A stretch of 64,000 bases of DNA from Rhodospirillaceae bacterium (GTDB lineage: Bacteria; Pseudomonadota; Alphaproteobacteria; MPNO01; UBA2964). Location: the NCBI GenBank assembly GCA_002720855.1, contig PBIN01000014.1:393619-457618 (forward strand), read 5' to 3'. Below, piece after piece: positions 41,075 through 50,878 of this stretch. The position numbers were made by a program, and so were the translations under genes. The first letter of the stretch is position 1. Each line of letters begins with the position of its first letter. The notes beneath the pieces were generated by a model, which was not told where the DNA came from, made no database searches, and saw only the letters and a list, made by a program, of their open reading frames with translations.

Positions 41075-41854
41075 TCAACGCTGCAAATATTGTCGATAAA
41101 GATCGAAAATTTGCTGCCAGTCTGTATCAGACTCCTTTTCAGCAAATATATCACGATCGGGTAAAGCGTATCCGTGTTCGACATTCGAATGCATATTGGC
41201 TCGATAGTCTATAGCAGAGGTTTTCAGGGCACTCTCAAGCATCTGTACCATATCCGGCGGTGACAGGTGGTCGAGTTCTGCCCAGCCGCAATAGAGCCCG
41301 CCTCGCATTTTATCGATGAGCAGATGCGGGGAATCCGGTTGGTCGGATATCGGCCGGCTGGCATGAAGCGTTGCCGTTGCCTGAAAGCGATCAGGAAACT
41401 CACCGGCTGTCTTCAAACCGATCCACCCTCCCATACACCAGCCAATGGAACCGATTGGCCCGGATCGGGCGTCATCCTGGTTGTCGACAAAATCGATCAG
41501 CGCGCCCACGTCCGACAAAATCATTTCAGTAGACAGCTTGCTGCGTTGCTCGTGCACGATCTTCTCCCGTTCTTCATCCAGCTTGTGCAGAGAGATCATC
41601 CGCCCGTTGTCGTCCCAGAACACGTTGGCGACGTCGCCTTGCCGATAGTAAAGATTGGGCAAAATTGCAAAGTATCCTTGTTCCGCGATGCGTCTTGCGA
41701 TTCCACAAAGCTCTTCGCGTACGCCCCAAATATCCATGAATAAAATTACCGCAGGATGTGGACCACCACTGTTTGGATGCGCCACGAAACTTCGCATCTG
41801 TCCTTCATTCGTAGGGACGTAATCCCATGTTTCATCTACTTCAAATTCGGGCAT
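41075..41854 (-). CDS. Dienelactone hydrolase family protein
   Basis: MDIWG, PNLYYR, GWCMGG Cys nucleophile, HGY. Confidence 0.88.
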   Translation of the reverse strand: MPEFEVDETWDYVPTNEGQMRSFVAHPNSGGPHPAVILFMDIWGVREELCGIARRIAEQGYFAILPNLYYRQGDVANVFWDDNGRMISLHKLDEEREKIVHEQRSKLSTEMILSDVGALIDFVDNQDDARSGPIGSIGWCMGGWIGLKTAGEFPDRFQATATLHASRPISDQPDSPHLLIDKMRGGLYCGWAELDHLSPPDMVQMLESALKTSAIDYRANMHSNVEHGYALPDRDIFAEKESDTDWQQIFDLYRQYLQR

Positions 41855-41992
41855 TGCAGCATTTCTCTGTCTTAAAATTCGATCCGTTGGAAAATAGAGT
41901 AACAGCTATCGCATGAAGCATATATCCGCAGCTTGCTTGACCGTTTGCTGAGAAGGCCATAAATCTCGATAGATATATGACGGGGGCAAAAA

Positions 41993-44305
41993 TTGTCAGA
42001 CAGGAAAAAATTTTCTTCCGGTGGACATTGGGGCGTATTCGACGTCACGCAAAATAACGACGGCATTTTAGTCGCTGAACCGCATGCGCGTGACCCAAAC
42101 CCGACACCGTTAATTGACTCGGCAGTCGCTGCTAGTCAAAACACGGCAAGCCGGGTGCTTGCGCCGATGGTGCGGAAGACCTGGCTGGAAAGTGGCCCAA
42201 CGGGGAACGGTGCTGGTCGAGGTGCCGAGCCGTTCGTAAAGGTTTCCTGGGATCAGGCGACGGAACTCGTTGCAAACGAACTTTCGCGCATCTACGAAAA
42301 TTTCGGCCCTGAGGCGATTTACGCCGGCTCGTACGGCTGGGCGAGTGCTGGCAAGTTGCATCAGGCGCAGGGAGTTTTGAAACGGTTCCTGGGCCTCGCA
42401 GGAGGGTTTACCAATTCTGTCGGGAACTATTCCAACGGGGCTGCAAGCGTTCTAATGCCTCATATTTTGGGGTCCGGCCAGTCGATCAACGGCCCATTGA
42501 CGAGCTGGCAGTCAATTGCGGAAAACTCGGACCTGCTTTTATCTTTTGGGGGAGTCCCGCTCAAGAACACGCAGATTAATTATGGCGGACTGCCCGAACA
42601 CGATGATGTCGATTGGCAGAAAAAACTATCTGCAGCAAAACTCAAAATCGTTTGTGTAAGCCCGGTCCGCGAAGACTCCGCTGGACTGTCGGGTTCAGAG
42701 TGGATCGGTATTAGGCCGAATACAGATACCGCATTAATGCTCGGCCTCGCTTTTGAAATCTATCAGTCTGGAAGTCACGATTCTGACTTTCTCAACCGAT
42801 ATTGCACGGGATTCGAAAAATTTTGTTGCTATCTAACTGGTGAGTTGGATGGTCAGCCAAAGGATTGTGACTGGGCATCTGAAATCTGTGAAATTCCTGC
42901 CGAGAGGATTAAAGCGTTAGCTGAAAAAATGTCCGTTGGCCGAACGATGATTACGGCCTGTTGGTCGCTTCAACGTTCAGACCACGGCGAACAGCCTTAC
43001 TGGATGGCGGTAACGCTGGCAGCGATGCTGGGGCAAATCGGATTGCCGGGCGGCGGTATGGGGTTTGGTTATGGTTGCCTTGGCGGTATCGGGACACCCA
43101 GAACGCGAGCGGCGGGTCCAGCGTTTTCAGTCGGTCAGAATCCCAGCGAGTCTTACATTCCGGTAGCCCGTATAACGGATATGTTGCTCAATCCAGGCGC
43201 GGACTATGCTTATAACGGTGAAAATCTGGCCTACCCCGATATCCACGCCATTTACTGGTGCGGTGGCAATCCGTTTCATCATCATCAGAACATAAACCGG
43301 CTGCTTGAGGGGTGGCGTCGCATCGATACGGTAATTGTGCATGAACCGTTTTGGACGTCTGCGGCACGTCACGCTGACATAGTGTTGCCAACCACCACGA
43401 CGTTGGAACGAAATGATATCGGTGTCGCCTCGGTTCCGGCGATGTGGTTTGCCATTCAAAAGGCTATGGAACCGCTCGGCGAAGCCCGAAACGATTATGA
43501 TATTTTCTCCGAAATTGCCGGGCATCTAGGTTTCCGCGAAGAGTATACCGAAAATCGGAATGAGATGGATTGGCTCCGTCATATGTACGATGTTGCCCGC
43601 CAGAAAAACGCAGAAACCGGCATCGAGATGCCAGACTTCGACAAGTTTTGGGAAATAGGTGCGTTCGAGTTCGAGCGTCCGGAACGTCCTGTCGTATTGA
43701 TGGAGAGTTTCCGGAATGATCCGGATGCTAAGCCGCTGAAGACGCCTTCCGGGAAAATTGAGATTTTTTCCGAAACGATTGATGGATTCGGTTACGACGA
43801 CTGTCCTGGCCATCCAGTTTGGCTCGAACCAACAGAATGGCTGGGTAGTGAAAAAGCGGCGCAATATCCATTGCACTTAATTTCTAACCAGCCCAGCACA
43901 CGCTTGCATAGCCAACTCGACACCGGCCCATTAAGTGTCCAGTCGAAGATCGCCGGGCGCGAACCGATTTTTATGAATGAGGCGGACGCCGCCGACCGCA
44001 ATCTGATCGCGGGCGATATCGTTCGGGTTTTCAATGATCGTGGTGCCTGTCTCGCAGGTCTCGTTATTTCCGACGGCCTGCGGCCTGGCGTTGTTCAGCT
44101 TGCGACCGGTGCCTGGTACGATCCGCTTGAACCCGGCGTCGCAGATACGTTGGATCGCCATGGTAATCCCAACATGCTGACGACTGACAAAGGTACCTCA
44201 CAACTGGCACAGGCACCCGCATCGCAAACCGCATTGGTCGAGATTGAGCGCTATGACAGTGAGCTGCCCGAAATCACTGTGCATTCGCCACCACCAACCG
44301 TGTGA
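41993..44305 (+). CDS. Cytoplasmic bis-MGD oxidoreductase, biotin sulfoxide/TMAO reductase (BisC) type
   Basis: HWG, GSYGWASAG, NYS ligand, QRSDHGEQP, RLHSQ; no Tat signal. Confidence 0.88.
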   Translation: MSDRKKFSSGGHWGVFDVTQNNDGILVAEPHARDPNPTPLIDSAVAASQNTASRVLAPMVRKTWLESGPTGNGAGRGAEPFVKVSWDQATELVANELSRIYENFGPEAIYAGSYGWASAGKLHQAQGVLKRFLGLAGGFTNSVGNYSNGAASVLMPHILGSGQSINGPLTSWQSIAENSDLLLSFGGVPLKNTQINYGGLPEHDDVDWQKKLSAAKLKIVCVSPVREDSAGLSGSEWIGIRPNTDTALMLGLAFEIYQSGSHDSDFLNRYCTGFEKFCCYLTGELDGQPKDCDWASEICEIPAERIKALAEKMSVGRTMITACWSLQRSDHGEQPYWMAVTLAAMLGQIGLPGGGMGFGYGCLGGIGTPRTRAAGPAFSVGQNPSESYIPVARITDMLLNPGADYAYNGENLAYPDIHAIYWCGGNPFHHHQNINRLLEGWRRIDTVIVHEPFWTSAARHADIVLPTTTTLERNDIGVASVPAMWFAIQKAMEPLGEARNDYDIFSEIAGHLGFREEYTENRNEMDWLRHMYDVARQKNAETGIEMPDFDKFWEIGAFEFERPERPVVLMESFRNDPDAKPLKTPSGKIEIFSETIDGFGYDDCPGHPVWLEPTEWLGSEKAAQYPLHLISNQPSTRLHSQLDTGPLSVQSKIAGREPIFMNEADAADRNLIAGDIVRVFNDRGACLAGLVISDGLRPGVVQLATGAWYDPLEPGVADTLDRHGNPNMLTTDKGTSQLAQAPASQTALVEIERYDSELPEITVHSPPPTV

Positions 44306-44314
44306 CCCCTGACC

Positions 44315-44902
44315 ATGCGGGTGTTGTTGGTTTACGCACATCCATTGCGGGATAGTCTCAACGCGAAAATTAAAGAGGTGGCGGAAGCAGGTCTCGCAAC
44401 GGCAGGCCACGATGTTGACGTGATCGATCTGTATGAAGATGAATTCGATCCGGTTCTCTCGCATAACGAACGGAGAACTTATTTCGAGCCCAAATTTGAA
44501 CGAGAAAATCTTGCGGAAGATTATGCACAGAGACTGATGGATAGCGATGGGTTGGTGTTCGTGTTTCCCACTTGGTCCATGGGGCCTCCTGCCATACTCA
44601 AAGGGTTTTTTGACAGGGTTTTTGGACCGGATGTTTCGTTCCGTATTGACGACAATGGCACCCTACATCCGAACTTGCGTCACATTGTCAAAGCGGCTGC
44701 AATCGTAACTTATGGGCGGGAACGTCCAATTCTTTGGTGGTTCGGCGATCCACCCAGACGCATGATCAAACGATGGTTGAAGTGGTTCCTGGCCCCAAAA
44801 GCGCGCGTTCTATTTCTCGGTCTTTACAAACTTCATAAACCGGATGATGCAAAGACAGACAAGTTCCTGAGTAAGGTTCGTCGCACCATGGCGAACTTCT
44901 GA
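44315..44902 (+). CDS. NAD(P)H:quinone oxidoreductase, flavodoxin-like fold
   Basis: VYAHP..SLN, DLY...FDPVL, PTW..PAILKGFFDRV. Confidence 0.88.
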   Translation: MRVLLVYAHPLRDSLNAKIKEVAEAGLATAGHDVDVIDLYEDEFDPVLSHNERRTYFEPKFERENLAEDYAQRLMDSDGLVFVFPTWSMGPPAILKGFFDRVFGPDVSFRIDDNGTLHPNLRHIVKAAAIVTYGRERPILWWFGDPPRRMIKRWLKWFLAPKARVLFLGLYKLHKPDDAKTDKFLSKVRRTMANF

Positions 44903-44943
44903 GTTAAAGCGACATTATGATTAAGCGCTTGACGAAAGCGGCC

Positions 44944-45522
44944 CTAAATTCTGGTAGAAAGCCAAATAGCTAGCCGCGATCCGGCTTTGACAGCTCCCGT
45001 TAGCAGCTCATAACCAGGCGCTTCTTCAGCACCTTCTTCAACAGCTTTATCGCGATGGGCAAGTTCTTCAGCGCGAAACTGTTCAATCGTGTCACGGAGG
45101 TCTTTTTCATCGTCGCCGAGGCGCGCGGCCTGATCGGCGTAATGCTCGTCGATCACCTCTTCGACCGCTTGGGTACAGGCCATAGCCGCCTTTGTGCCCA
45201 GGAGCGCTGTTCCGGCACCCAGTGCGAAGCCGGCAACATGCCAAACTGGTGCAAGAGCCGTAGGCCGTACCTTTCGTTCGGCAATTATGGCGTCGAAAGT
45301 CTCGAGGTGATGTTGTTCCTCCGCAGCCATTTCCCGAATGGAGTCCTCAGCATCTGTTCCTGCAAGAACAGCCAGTTGGCCTTCGTAAATTCGTACGGCG
45401 CCGTGTTCTCCGGCATGATCGACACGGATCATAGAGTCAACCAGCTGCTTCCGGGTTGGATCGCCGGGCATGCGCCCTTCGCCAGTAATTTCGGGTTTGG
45501 AAGATTTAGACCGCTTGGCCAA
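44944..45522 (-). CDS. coq7: Demethoxyubiquinone hydroxylase Coq7
   Basis: RVDHAGE, E..H, EEVIDEHY, EE..H di-iron ligands; TTG start after AGGAG. Confidence 0.92.
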   Translation of the reverse strand: MAKRSKSSKPEITGEGRMPGDPTRKQLVDSMIRVDHAGEHGAVRIYEGQLAVLAGTDAEDSIREMAAEEQHHLETFDAIIAERKVRPTALAPVWHVAGFALGAGTALLGTKAAMACTQAVEEVIDEHYADQAARLGDDEKDLRDTIEQFRAEELAHRDKAVEEGAEEAPGYELLTGAVKAGSRLAIWLSTRI

Positions 45523-45524
45523 TT

Positions 45525-46040
45525 CTATCTCCTGCCTCTTTCTGCACCAGCCAGTGACGATATAGCGCAAAATATTGCGAGGGCAATGGATATTAAAAAG
45601 TTATATCCAGCCAGTGAAATACCAAACAATGACCATGCCACTTCGTCGCAACGAATAACGGGTTGTGCCATAAGCTGGCGTTTTAGATCTTCCACCGTGT
45701 CACTGGAAATCGTTCCTGAGCAGGCGGTGGGTCCCGCAAACCAACCGTATTCCACGCCTGCGTGGTAGCCGCCGATACCCGCAGTAATCGCGAAGGCGAT
45801 GGCGATTGCCGCCAACAGGATACGCCGCAATGGCGGTGCTGTGATTGGCAGGATCGCTACTATTCCGAGAACGAGTGCCACCCCGTGTGGCCAGCGTTGC
45901 GTCACGCACAGACTACAGGGAGCCATTCCACCCCAATATTGCATCAAAAACACTGTGATTAAGAGGCCGGCCGCGGATAAAGCAGCGATACTAAGCGCAT
46001 ATTTGTGACTGAAGAGCGGGGATGTAGAAAGCGCGTTCAT
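45525..46040 (-). CDS. dsbB: Disulfide bond formation protein B
   Basis: PCSLCVTQR, YHAGVE, second Cys pair, GISLAGYN. Confidence 0.9.
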   Translation of the reverse strand: MNALSTSPLFSHKYALSIAALSAAGLLITVFLMQYWGGMAPCSLCVTQRWPHGVALVLGIVAILPITAPPLRRILLAAIAIAFAITAGIGGYHAGVEYGWFAGPTACSGTISSDTVEDLKRQLMAQPVIRCDEVAWSLFGISLAGYNFLISIALAIFCAISSLAGAERGRR

Positions 46041-46088
46041 AGCCGAGATATGTTGCGCCGGAGGTTGCAGGTCAAGAAAAACTACACG

Positions 46089-46670
46089 TCACAACAGGTA
46101 CTTGAGGACGATGAATCCGCCGACAAGCAGAATAATAAATATGGTAAAAACCAGTCCCAAGCGTTTTTCAATAAACTCTTTGATCGGTGGTCCGAGCCAG
46201 AATAAAAGCGCTGCGACGACAAAAAACCTTATGCCGCGGGCAAGCACCGATGCTGTGGTAAATGTTGTTAAGTCGAGCTGCGTGACACCGCTGGCGATCG
46301 TGATCACCTTGTATGGGAAGGGCGATACACCGGCGATAAATACGATCCAGGCACCCAATTCGTTATAGCGCTGTTGGAATTCGGTGAATTTGGCACCATA
46401 CCCATAAAATTCCAAAAGGGGGCGCCCGATTCCGTCATAGAGGAAGTAACCAATGGCGTATCCGGCAAGGCCTCCTAGTACGGATGCGGCAGTGCACGCC
46501 ATAGCGAGTCCAAGCCAGCGGCTGCGCGCTGCCAGCACCATCGGAATAAGCAGAACATCCGGCGGAATTGGGAAGATCGAACTTTCGATAAAAGAAAAGA
46601 ATACGAGAGCCCAAACGGCGTTTGGGCGGGCCGAAAATGACATCACCCAATCATAGGTGCGCTGCAACAA
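46089..46670 (-). CDS. YqaA/DedA family membrane protein
   Basis: FIESSIFPIPPD, SPFPYKV. Confidence 0.9.
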   Translation of the reverse strand: MLQRTYDWVMSFSARPNAVWALVFFSFIESSIFPIPPDVLLIPMVLAARSRWLGLAMACTAASVLGGLAGYAIGYFLYDGIGRPLLEFYGYGAKFTEFQQRYNELGAWIVFIAGVSPFPYKVITIASGVTQLDLTTFTTASVLARGIRFFVVAALLFWLGPPIKEFIEKRLGLVFTIFIILLVGGFIVLKYLL

Positions 46671-46748
46671 TTTGGGTCTCCCTGCGGGACGAAAGCATTC
46701 TGTTTGGAATGGTTGTTAACAGCGGAATAACAAAGGGGCAAGTGCATG

Positions 46749-46776
46749 TTGACCCATGAATTGCGCCCGCTATGAT
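46749..46776 (+). promoter_or_regulatory. Sigma70-like promoter of tRNA-Leu
   Basis: TTGACC-N16-TATGAT upstream of the tRNA. Confidence 0.6.
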
Positions 46777-46822
46777 CCCCCCTCGTCTAACTGAAGGTGC
46801 CGAATTCGGGTGCCAAACAGGG

Positions 46823-46909
46823 GCCCCTGTGGCGGAACTGGTAGACGCGCTGGATTCAAAATCCAGTTCCCGTAAGGGAGTGGGAGTTCGATTCTCCCCG
46901 GGGGCACCA
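46823..46909 (+). tRNA. tRNA-Leu(CAA)
   Basis: Acceptor GCCCCTG/CGGGGGC-A-CCA; anticodon arm CTGGA-TTCAAAA-TCCAG; long variable arm; GTTCGA T-loop. Confidence 0.96.
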
Positions 46910-46925
46910 CTCTTTTAAATTCAGA

Positions 46926-47612
46926 TCAATCTATGCGGACGAGAACACGACCATCGAGAGCGGTGAAACCTATATAGGTGAATTGGGTTCCTGACTTCTC
47001 GCAGAATTCCATCCAAGCCTTATGTTCGTGGAGCTTCCAGCTCGGATAGTTAAAATATTCGTCGAACAGGATCATTGTACCCGGCTGAAATCGGGAGCCG
47101 ATATTTTCGAGAATGGTGACGGTTGAACTGTATAGATCGCAGTCGATATGTACGAAGCTAACTGGCCCGGCATTCTGCTCCATAAAAGGCGGCAATGTAT
47201 CGTCAAACAGACCCGGAATGAGCGTCGCGTTTTGTGGAACTTTAGGCAGTCCCTTTTGCTTGAATGCCCCGGTTGTTTCGACGTGCCCCGACCAGTCGTC
47301 CGGTAATCCCTCAAAACTATCAAAGCCATAAACGGTTTTTCCATTGGGCACCCCGGACGCGATTTCACCCATTGTATTTCCGGTTGCGACACCAAATTCA
47401 AGAAACAGCCCATCGGGTGCAGAATTTTTTATGGCGAAAAGTATTATGTCCCTGTGGGCTGAAAATATCTGTGCCTCAGGCATTTCCGCCTGCACGAAAT
47501 CAGCGGCTTCTGAACGGGCGCGCAGTTGCAATTCATAGAGTAGATTGCGCGCATAGAACTTGTAAAAAAACCTGTCCAGAAGGCGTTGGGCGATGTTTCT
47601 TTTGGCCTTCAC
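46926..47612 (-). CDS. TylF/MycF/NovP-like SAM-dependent O-methyltransferase
   Basis: LEFGV..G, GFDSFEGLP, HIDCDLYSS, FDEY. Confidence 0.85.
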   Translation of the reverse strand: MKAKRNIAQRLLDRFFYKFYARNLLYELQLRARSEAADFVQAEMPEAQIFSAHRDIILFAIKNSAPDGLFLEFGVATGNTMGEIASGVPNGKTVYGFDSFEGLPDDWSGHVETTGAFKQKGLPKVPQNATLIPGLFDDTLPPFMEQNAGPVSFVHIDCDLYSSTVTILENIGSRFQPGTMILFDEYFNYPSWKLHEHKAWMEFCEKSGTQFTYIGFTALDGRVLVRID

Positions 47613-47785
47613 GTTTTAATTTCCCGGGAACTGAATTATGTCTGTTCAACATACCGAACCTGATTCACCGGCACTAGCCCCTTTATAAATTGCAGTTTGC
47701 CGAAATAAATTCTGTGTCACATGTGGGGGCTGATTCTGACACAATGCGATCAGGGTACTGGATTTGAGATTTACAGGAGCGATCT

Positions 47786-48562
47786 TTGTCAGGTGAAAAA
47801 CTGTCTTTGCTGATTGTTGCCCACAATGAGGAAGAGCAAATCGCTGCCTGTATTGAAAGCGGCCGGTTTGCTGATGAGATCGTTGTCTTGCTTGATCGCT
47901 CAACCGATCAAACAGGTGCCATCGCTACAGAACAGGGGGCGAAAATCGAAACAGGCGCCTGGCCCGATGAAGGGGAACGCCGGAGTGCTGGCATTGCGGC
48001 CTGTACCGGTGACTGGATATTGGAGCTCGATTGCGACGAGCGCATTACGCCTGAACTTGCGGAAGAAATCTCCGAAACTCTGCCATCAACATCGGCGGAC
48101 TATTTTGTCATTTCGTTCCGGAATTATGTTGGTGGTAAATACGTTCAGCACGGCTGGGGTGCCTATAATGGCGTCGGCGGTAAAGCAGCTTTGTTTCGGT
48201 GCGACAAAAAGCAGTGGCATGGCGGCACAGTACATCCAAAAATAACGCTCATCGGACAACGAGCCGAGATGACGGCCGCCATCGATCATTATGTTGATGA
48301 AGATCTGACAGCGATGTTTTCCCGATTGAACAGTTATAGCTCCGCAGCAGCTGCGGATGCCGTGGCATCGAATGTGATACCGGGCAGACTATCTACTTTC
48401 AGAAGGTTCTTTAGCCGGTTTCTCCAGAGCTACGTTGGCAAGAAAGGTTATCGTGAAGGATATATTGGTATAGCCCTCGCGCTATTCTCAGCGATGTACC
48501 CGGTTTTCACCTATATAAAAGCGCAGGAAATTTTGCGGGCGAAGACGGTCGCCAGCCCTTAG
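47786..48562 (+). CDS. Glycosyltransferase family 2 (WaaE/KdtX-like, LPS core)
   Basis: AHNEE, S.D.T, WILELDCDER, VH, RLNSYS. Confidence 0.85.
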   Translation: MSGEKLSLLIVAHNEEEQIAACIESGRFADEIVVLLDRSTDQTGAIATEQGAKIETGAWPDEGERRSAGIAACTGDWILELDCDERITPELAEEISETLPSTSADYFVISFRNYVGGKYVQHGWGAYNGVGGKAALFRCDKKQWHGGTVHPKITLIGQRAEMTAAIDHYVDEDLTAMFSRLNSYSSAAAADAVASNVIPGRLSTFRRFFSRFLQSYVGKKGYREGYIGIALALFSAMYPVFTYIKAQEILRAKTVASP

Positions 48563-48858
48563 GCGCTGCCCTGCGGCGGGCCACCCATAACGCGGTCTTC
48601 TGCAATCGCTGCCTCAATCTCGTCGAGTAATTCGCTCATAGCAGCGTCGATATCGGCACGGTCGATGCCCTCTTCGAGCATGGCACCCAAGAGGCCTGCG
48701 GCGCCCTGCAACGCGAGTGAAAATCGCGGAAGTTCATTGGCCATTTCCCACGCCGCGGTGGCCGGCATCAACGCCATTGCGACAATATCCTGTGTTCGGC
48801 AGACCGGGCAGTCGTCGCTCATATCGTGCTGTGTAAGTTTTTTGATTTGATCGTCCAT
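48559..48858 (-). CDS. Hypothetical protein with CxxC
   Basis: 99-aa ORF filling the gap; DDCPVC, helical acidic composition. Confidence 0.65.
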   Translation of the reverse strand: MDDQIKKLTQHDMSDDCPVCRTQDIVAMALMPATAAWEMANELPRFSLALQGAAGLLGAMLEEGIDRADIDAAMSELLDEIEAAIAEDRVMGGPPQGSA

Positions 48859-48952
48859 TGTAGGTTCCGCATTTATATGGGTTGAATTTGAAGAGGTCGG
48901 GGCTCAAAGCAAATATTCTGCTCCGCTAAGCTGTTTAGCGTCGAATTTGGAA

Positions 48953-49378
48953 TCAAGAATCAGAAACTAAGACACCTTCCAGTTTTTCGCGAATTTCATC
49001 AGGCATCGGGGCGGGTTTCCGGGTTTCCAGATCGAAAAACACACCAACGACTTCCTGCTTGGCGATAAGGGTTCCGTTCTCCGAGTTGGTCATGCGTTGG
49101 CTAATCGTCAAGCTTTTGCCGCCAAGCTTTGTGAAGGCACTTTCAATGGTCACCAATTCTCCGGCGGCGGCTTCGTGAAGAAAGTCCGTATTTGTATTGG
49201 CAATCACGGTAACGATGCCGCTTTTCTTCAGCGTTGCGTGGCTTAGACCGACAATCGACCACAAATGAAACTCGGCGTCGTCAAACAAATGGGCGTACCA
49301 GCGGACGTTCATGTGCCCCAGAACATCACAATTCCAGGGATGAACGACTGCGCGATGTGTTTCTGTCCACTCAGACAT
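48953..49378 (-). CDS. Acyl-CoA thioesterase (4HBT/hotdog)
   Basis: CDVLGHMN..WY motif. Confidence 0.87.
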   Translation of the reverse strand: MSEWTETHRAVVHPWNCDVLGHMNVRWYAHLFDDAEFHLWSIVGLSHATLKKSGIVTVIANTNTDFLHEAAAGELVTIESAFTKLGGKSLTISQRMTNSENGTLIAKQEVVGVFFDLETRKPAPMPDEIREKLEGVLVSDS

Positions 49379-49991
49379 CGAAATTTTGACCTTTCTGAAC
49401 TCCAGGACGCTCGTTCATCATGACTGCCCAACGTTCAAGGTTTGACGATCCCTCGAGAGCTTCCGGTATGAGAACCTTCGTGCGGGCATGGATACCAAAC
49501 AGAGCGAAATCACATATCGTAATTTCGTCGCCAGCACAAAATTCTCGGTTGGAAAGAAACCCGTCCCACACCCGATAGTTTTCCTGAAGCCTGGCAATAA
49601 AGTTCTCACGCGTTGGCTCGTGTGGCTCGGCCATGCGCCCGATAAAGGAAATGGCGCCATAGGTCGGCCCAACATCTGTTGTGGCGTTCATCATTGGATC
49701 CCAAAATGCGGCGCGCTTCGCCGGGTCCGTCGGGATAAACCTTCCAACTTTTTCTGCCAGATAAAACATGATTCCAACGGATTGCGGCACGGTAATCTTC
49801 TCTCCGTCGGGGCCACCTTCATCGACAATGACGGGTGTCATTCCCATTGGGTTCATGGCGAGATACTCGGGTGTCTTGTGTTCTCCGGCCTGCATATCGA
49901 CGCGATGCAGTTCGTATTCGAGACCGCACTCATCCAATGTTACCTTTGCTCTGATTCCGTTGGTGGTAGGGGCGGCGTATAAATGAATCAT
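49371..49991 (-). CDS. Glutathione S-transferase (YfcG/Nu-like)
   Basis: TTNG, NPMG.TP, QS..I, TICD; start placed at ATG 49991. Confidence 0.87.
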   Translation of the reverse strand: MIHLYAAPTTNGIRAKVTLDECGLEYELHRVDMQAGEHKTPEYLAMNPMGMTPVIVDEGGPDGEKITVPQSVGIMFYLAEKVGRFIPTDPAKRAAFWDPMMNATTDVGPTYGAISFIGRMAEPHEPTRENFIARLQENYRVWDGFLSNREFCAGDEITICDFALFGIHARTKVLIPEALEGSSNLERWAVMMNERPGVQKGQNFDV

Positions 49992-50815
49992 GTTTGCGGC
50001 TTCTTTCCAAATAATGCGATAGCGGCTGCGAGATAATCTGCCGATCTTTCTCTCGGCAGGTTGTGGCCACAACTGCCCAGCAAATAGACATCCGCGTTTG
50101 GGAGTGACGGTGCCAGTGCCATCGTAGTTTCACCCGCTGGGCAGGGTTGATCATCGCGACCGTGCAACATCACAATTTGGGCATTGATAGCAGAAAGCTC
50201 CTCTTCCGATAACACACCCTGATCGAGGTACTTCTGGCGGGGCGGATCAAACATCGTTCCAAAATAATCAGCATAGCCTTCTGACTGCAGTAGCTCCCAC
50301 CGTTGATCGATCATATCTTCAGTAAGCGCTGCCGGATTGCCAACCATTTTTTCCATACCGCTTCGCAAAGAGTCTTTGCTATCCGGCAAAGTCCAGAACC
50401 CATCGAGAGCCGCATTCAATGGGTATTGGGACCCGACGGTACTTGATGTCAAAATACGCTGTATGCGATCACAACGGCTCGCCGTTTTGAGCGACAACGC
50501 GCCCCCCATAGAATGTCCAGCGATGCCGCATGGTCCGGTCGGAAGGATTTCATCAATTAGGGCAACCGCCTGATCCACCCACAACTCGACATCAAAATAT
50601 GGTGGTGCCTTTTTTCGTCCAGAGTCGCCAAATCCGATGAGGTCGGCGGCAAATATATGACAATGCTCGGCGAGCGGTTCCAGTACCGGGCCGAAATTGC
50701 CCATTATTGATGTGCCCGGACCCACGCCGTGCAGTATAAGAACAGGAAAGCCTTCGCCACCTTCCCAATAATGCACTTCGTGGCCAGCGGCTTGTGCTTT
50801 TCGACTTTGCAGCAT
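49988..50815 (-). CDS. Alpha/beta hydrolase resembling meta-cleavage product hydrolases
   Basis: HGVGPG, DLIGFG.S, GHSMGG, HGRDD, CGH. Confidence 0.82.
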   Translation of the reverse strand: MLQSRKAQAAGHEVHYWEGGEGFPVLILHGVGPGTSIMGNFGPVLEPLAEHCHIFAADLIGFGDSGRKKAPPYFDVELWVDQAVALIDEILPTGPCGIAGHSMGGALSLKTASRCDRIQRILTSSTVGSQYPLNAALDGFWTLPDSKDSLRSGMEKMVGNPAALTEDMIDQRWELLQSEGYADYFGTMFDPPRQKYLDQGVLSEEELSAINAQIVMLHGRDDQPCPAGETTMALAPSLPNADVYLLGSCGHNLPRERSADYLAAAIALFGKKPQT

Positions 50816-50878
50816 GCTAAGTTCCCTGTTTTCCAGGTATCAAACTTGGCCGTGACGCATTGGTTTGGCAAGTGGCGT

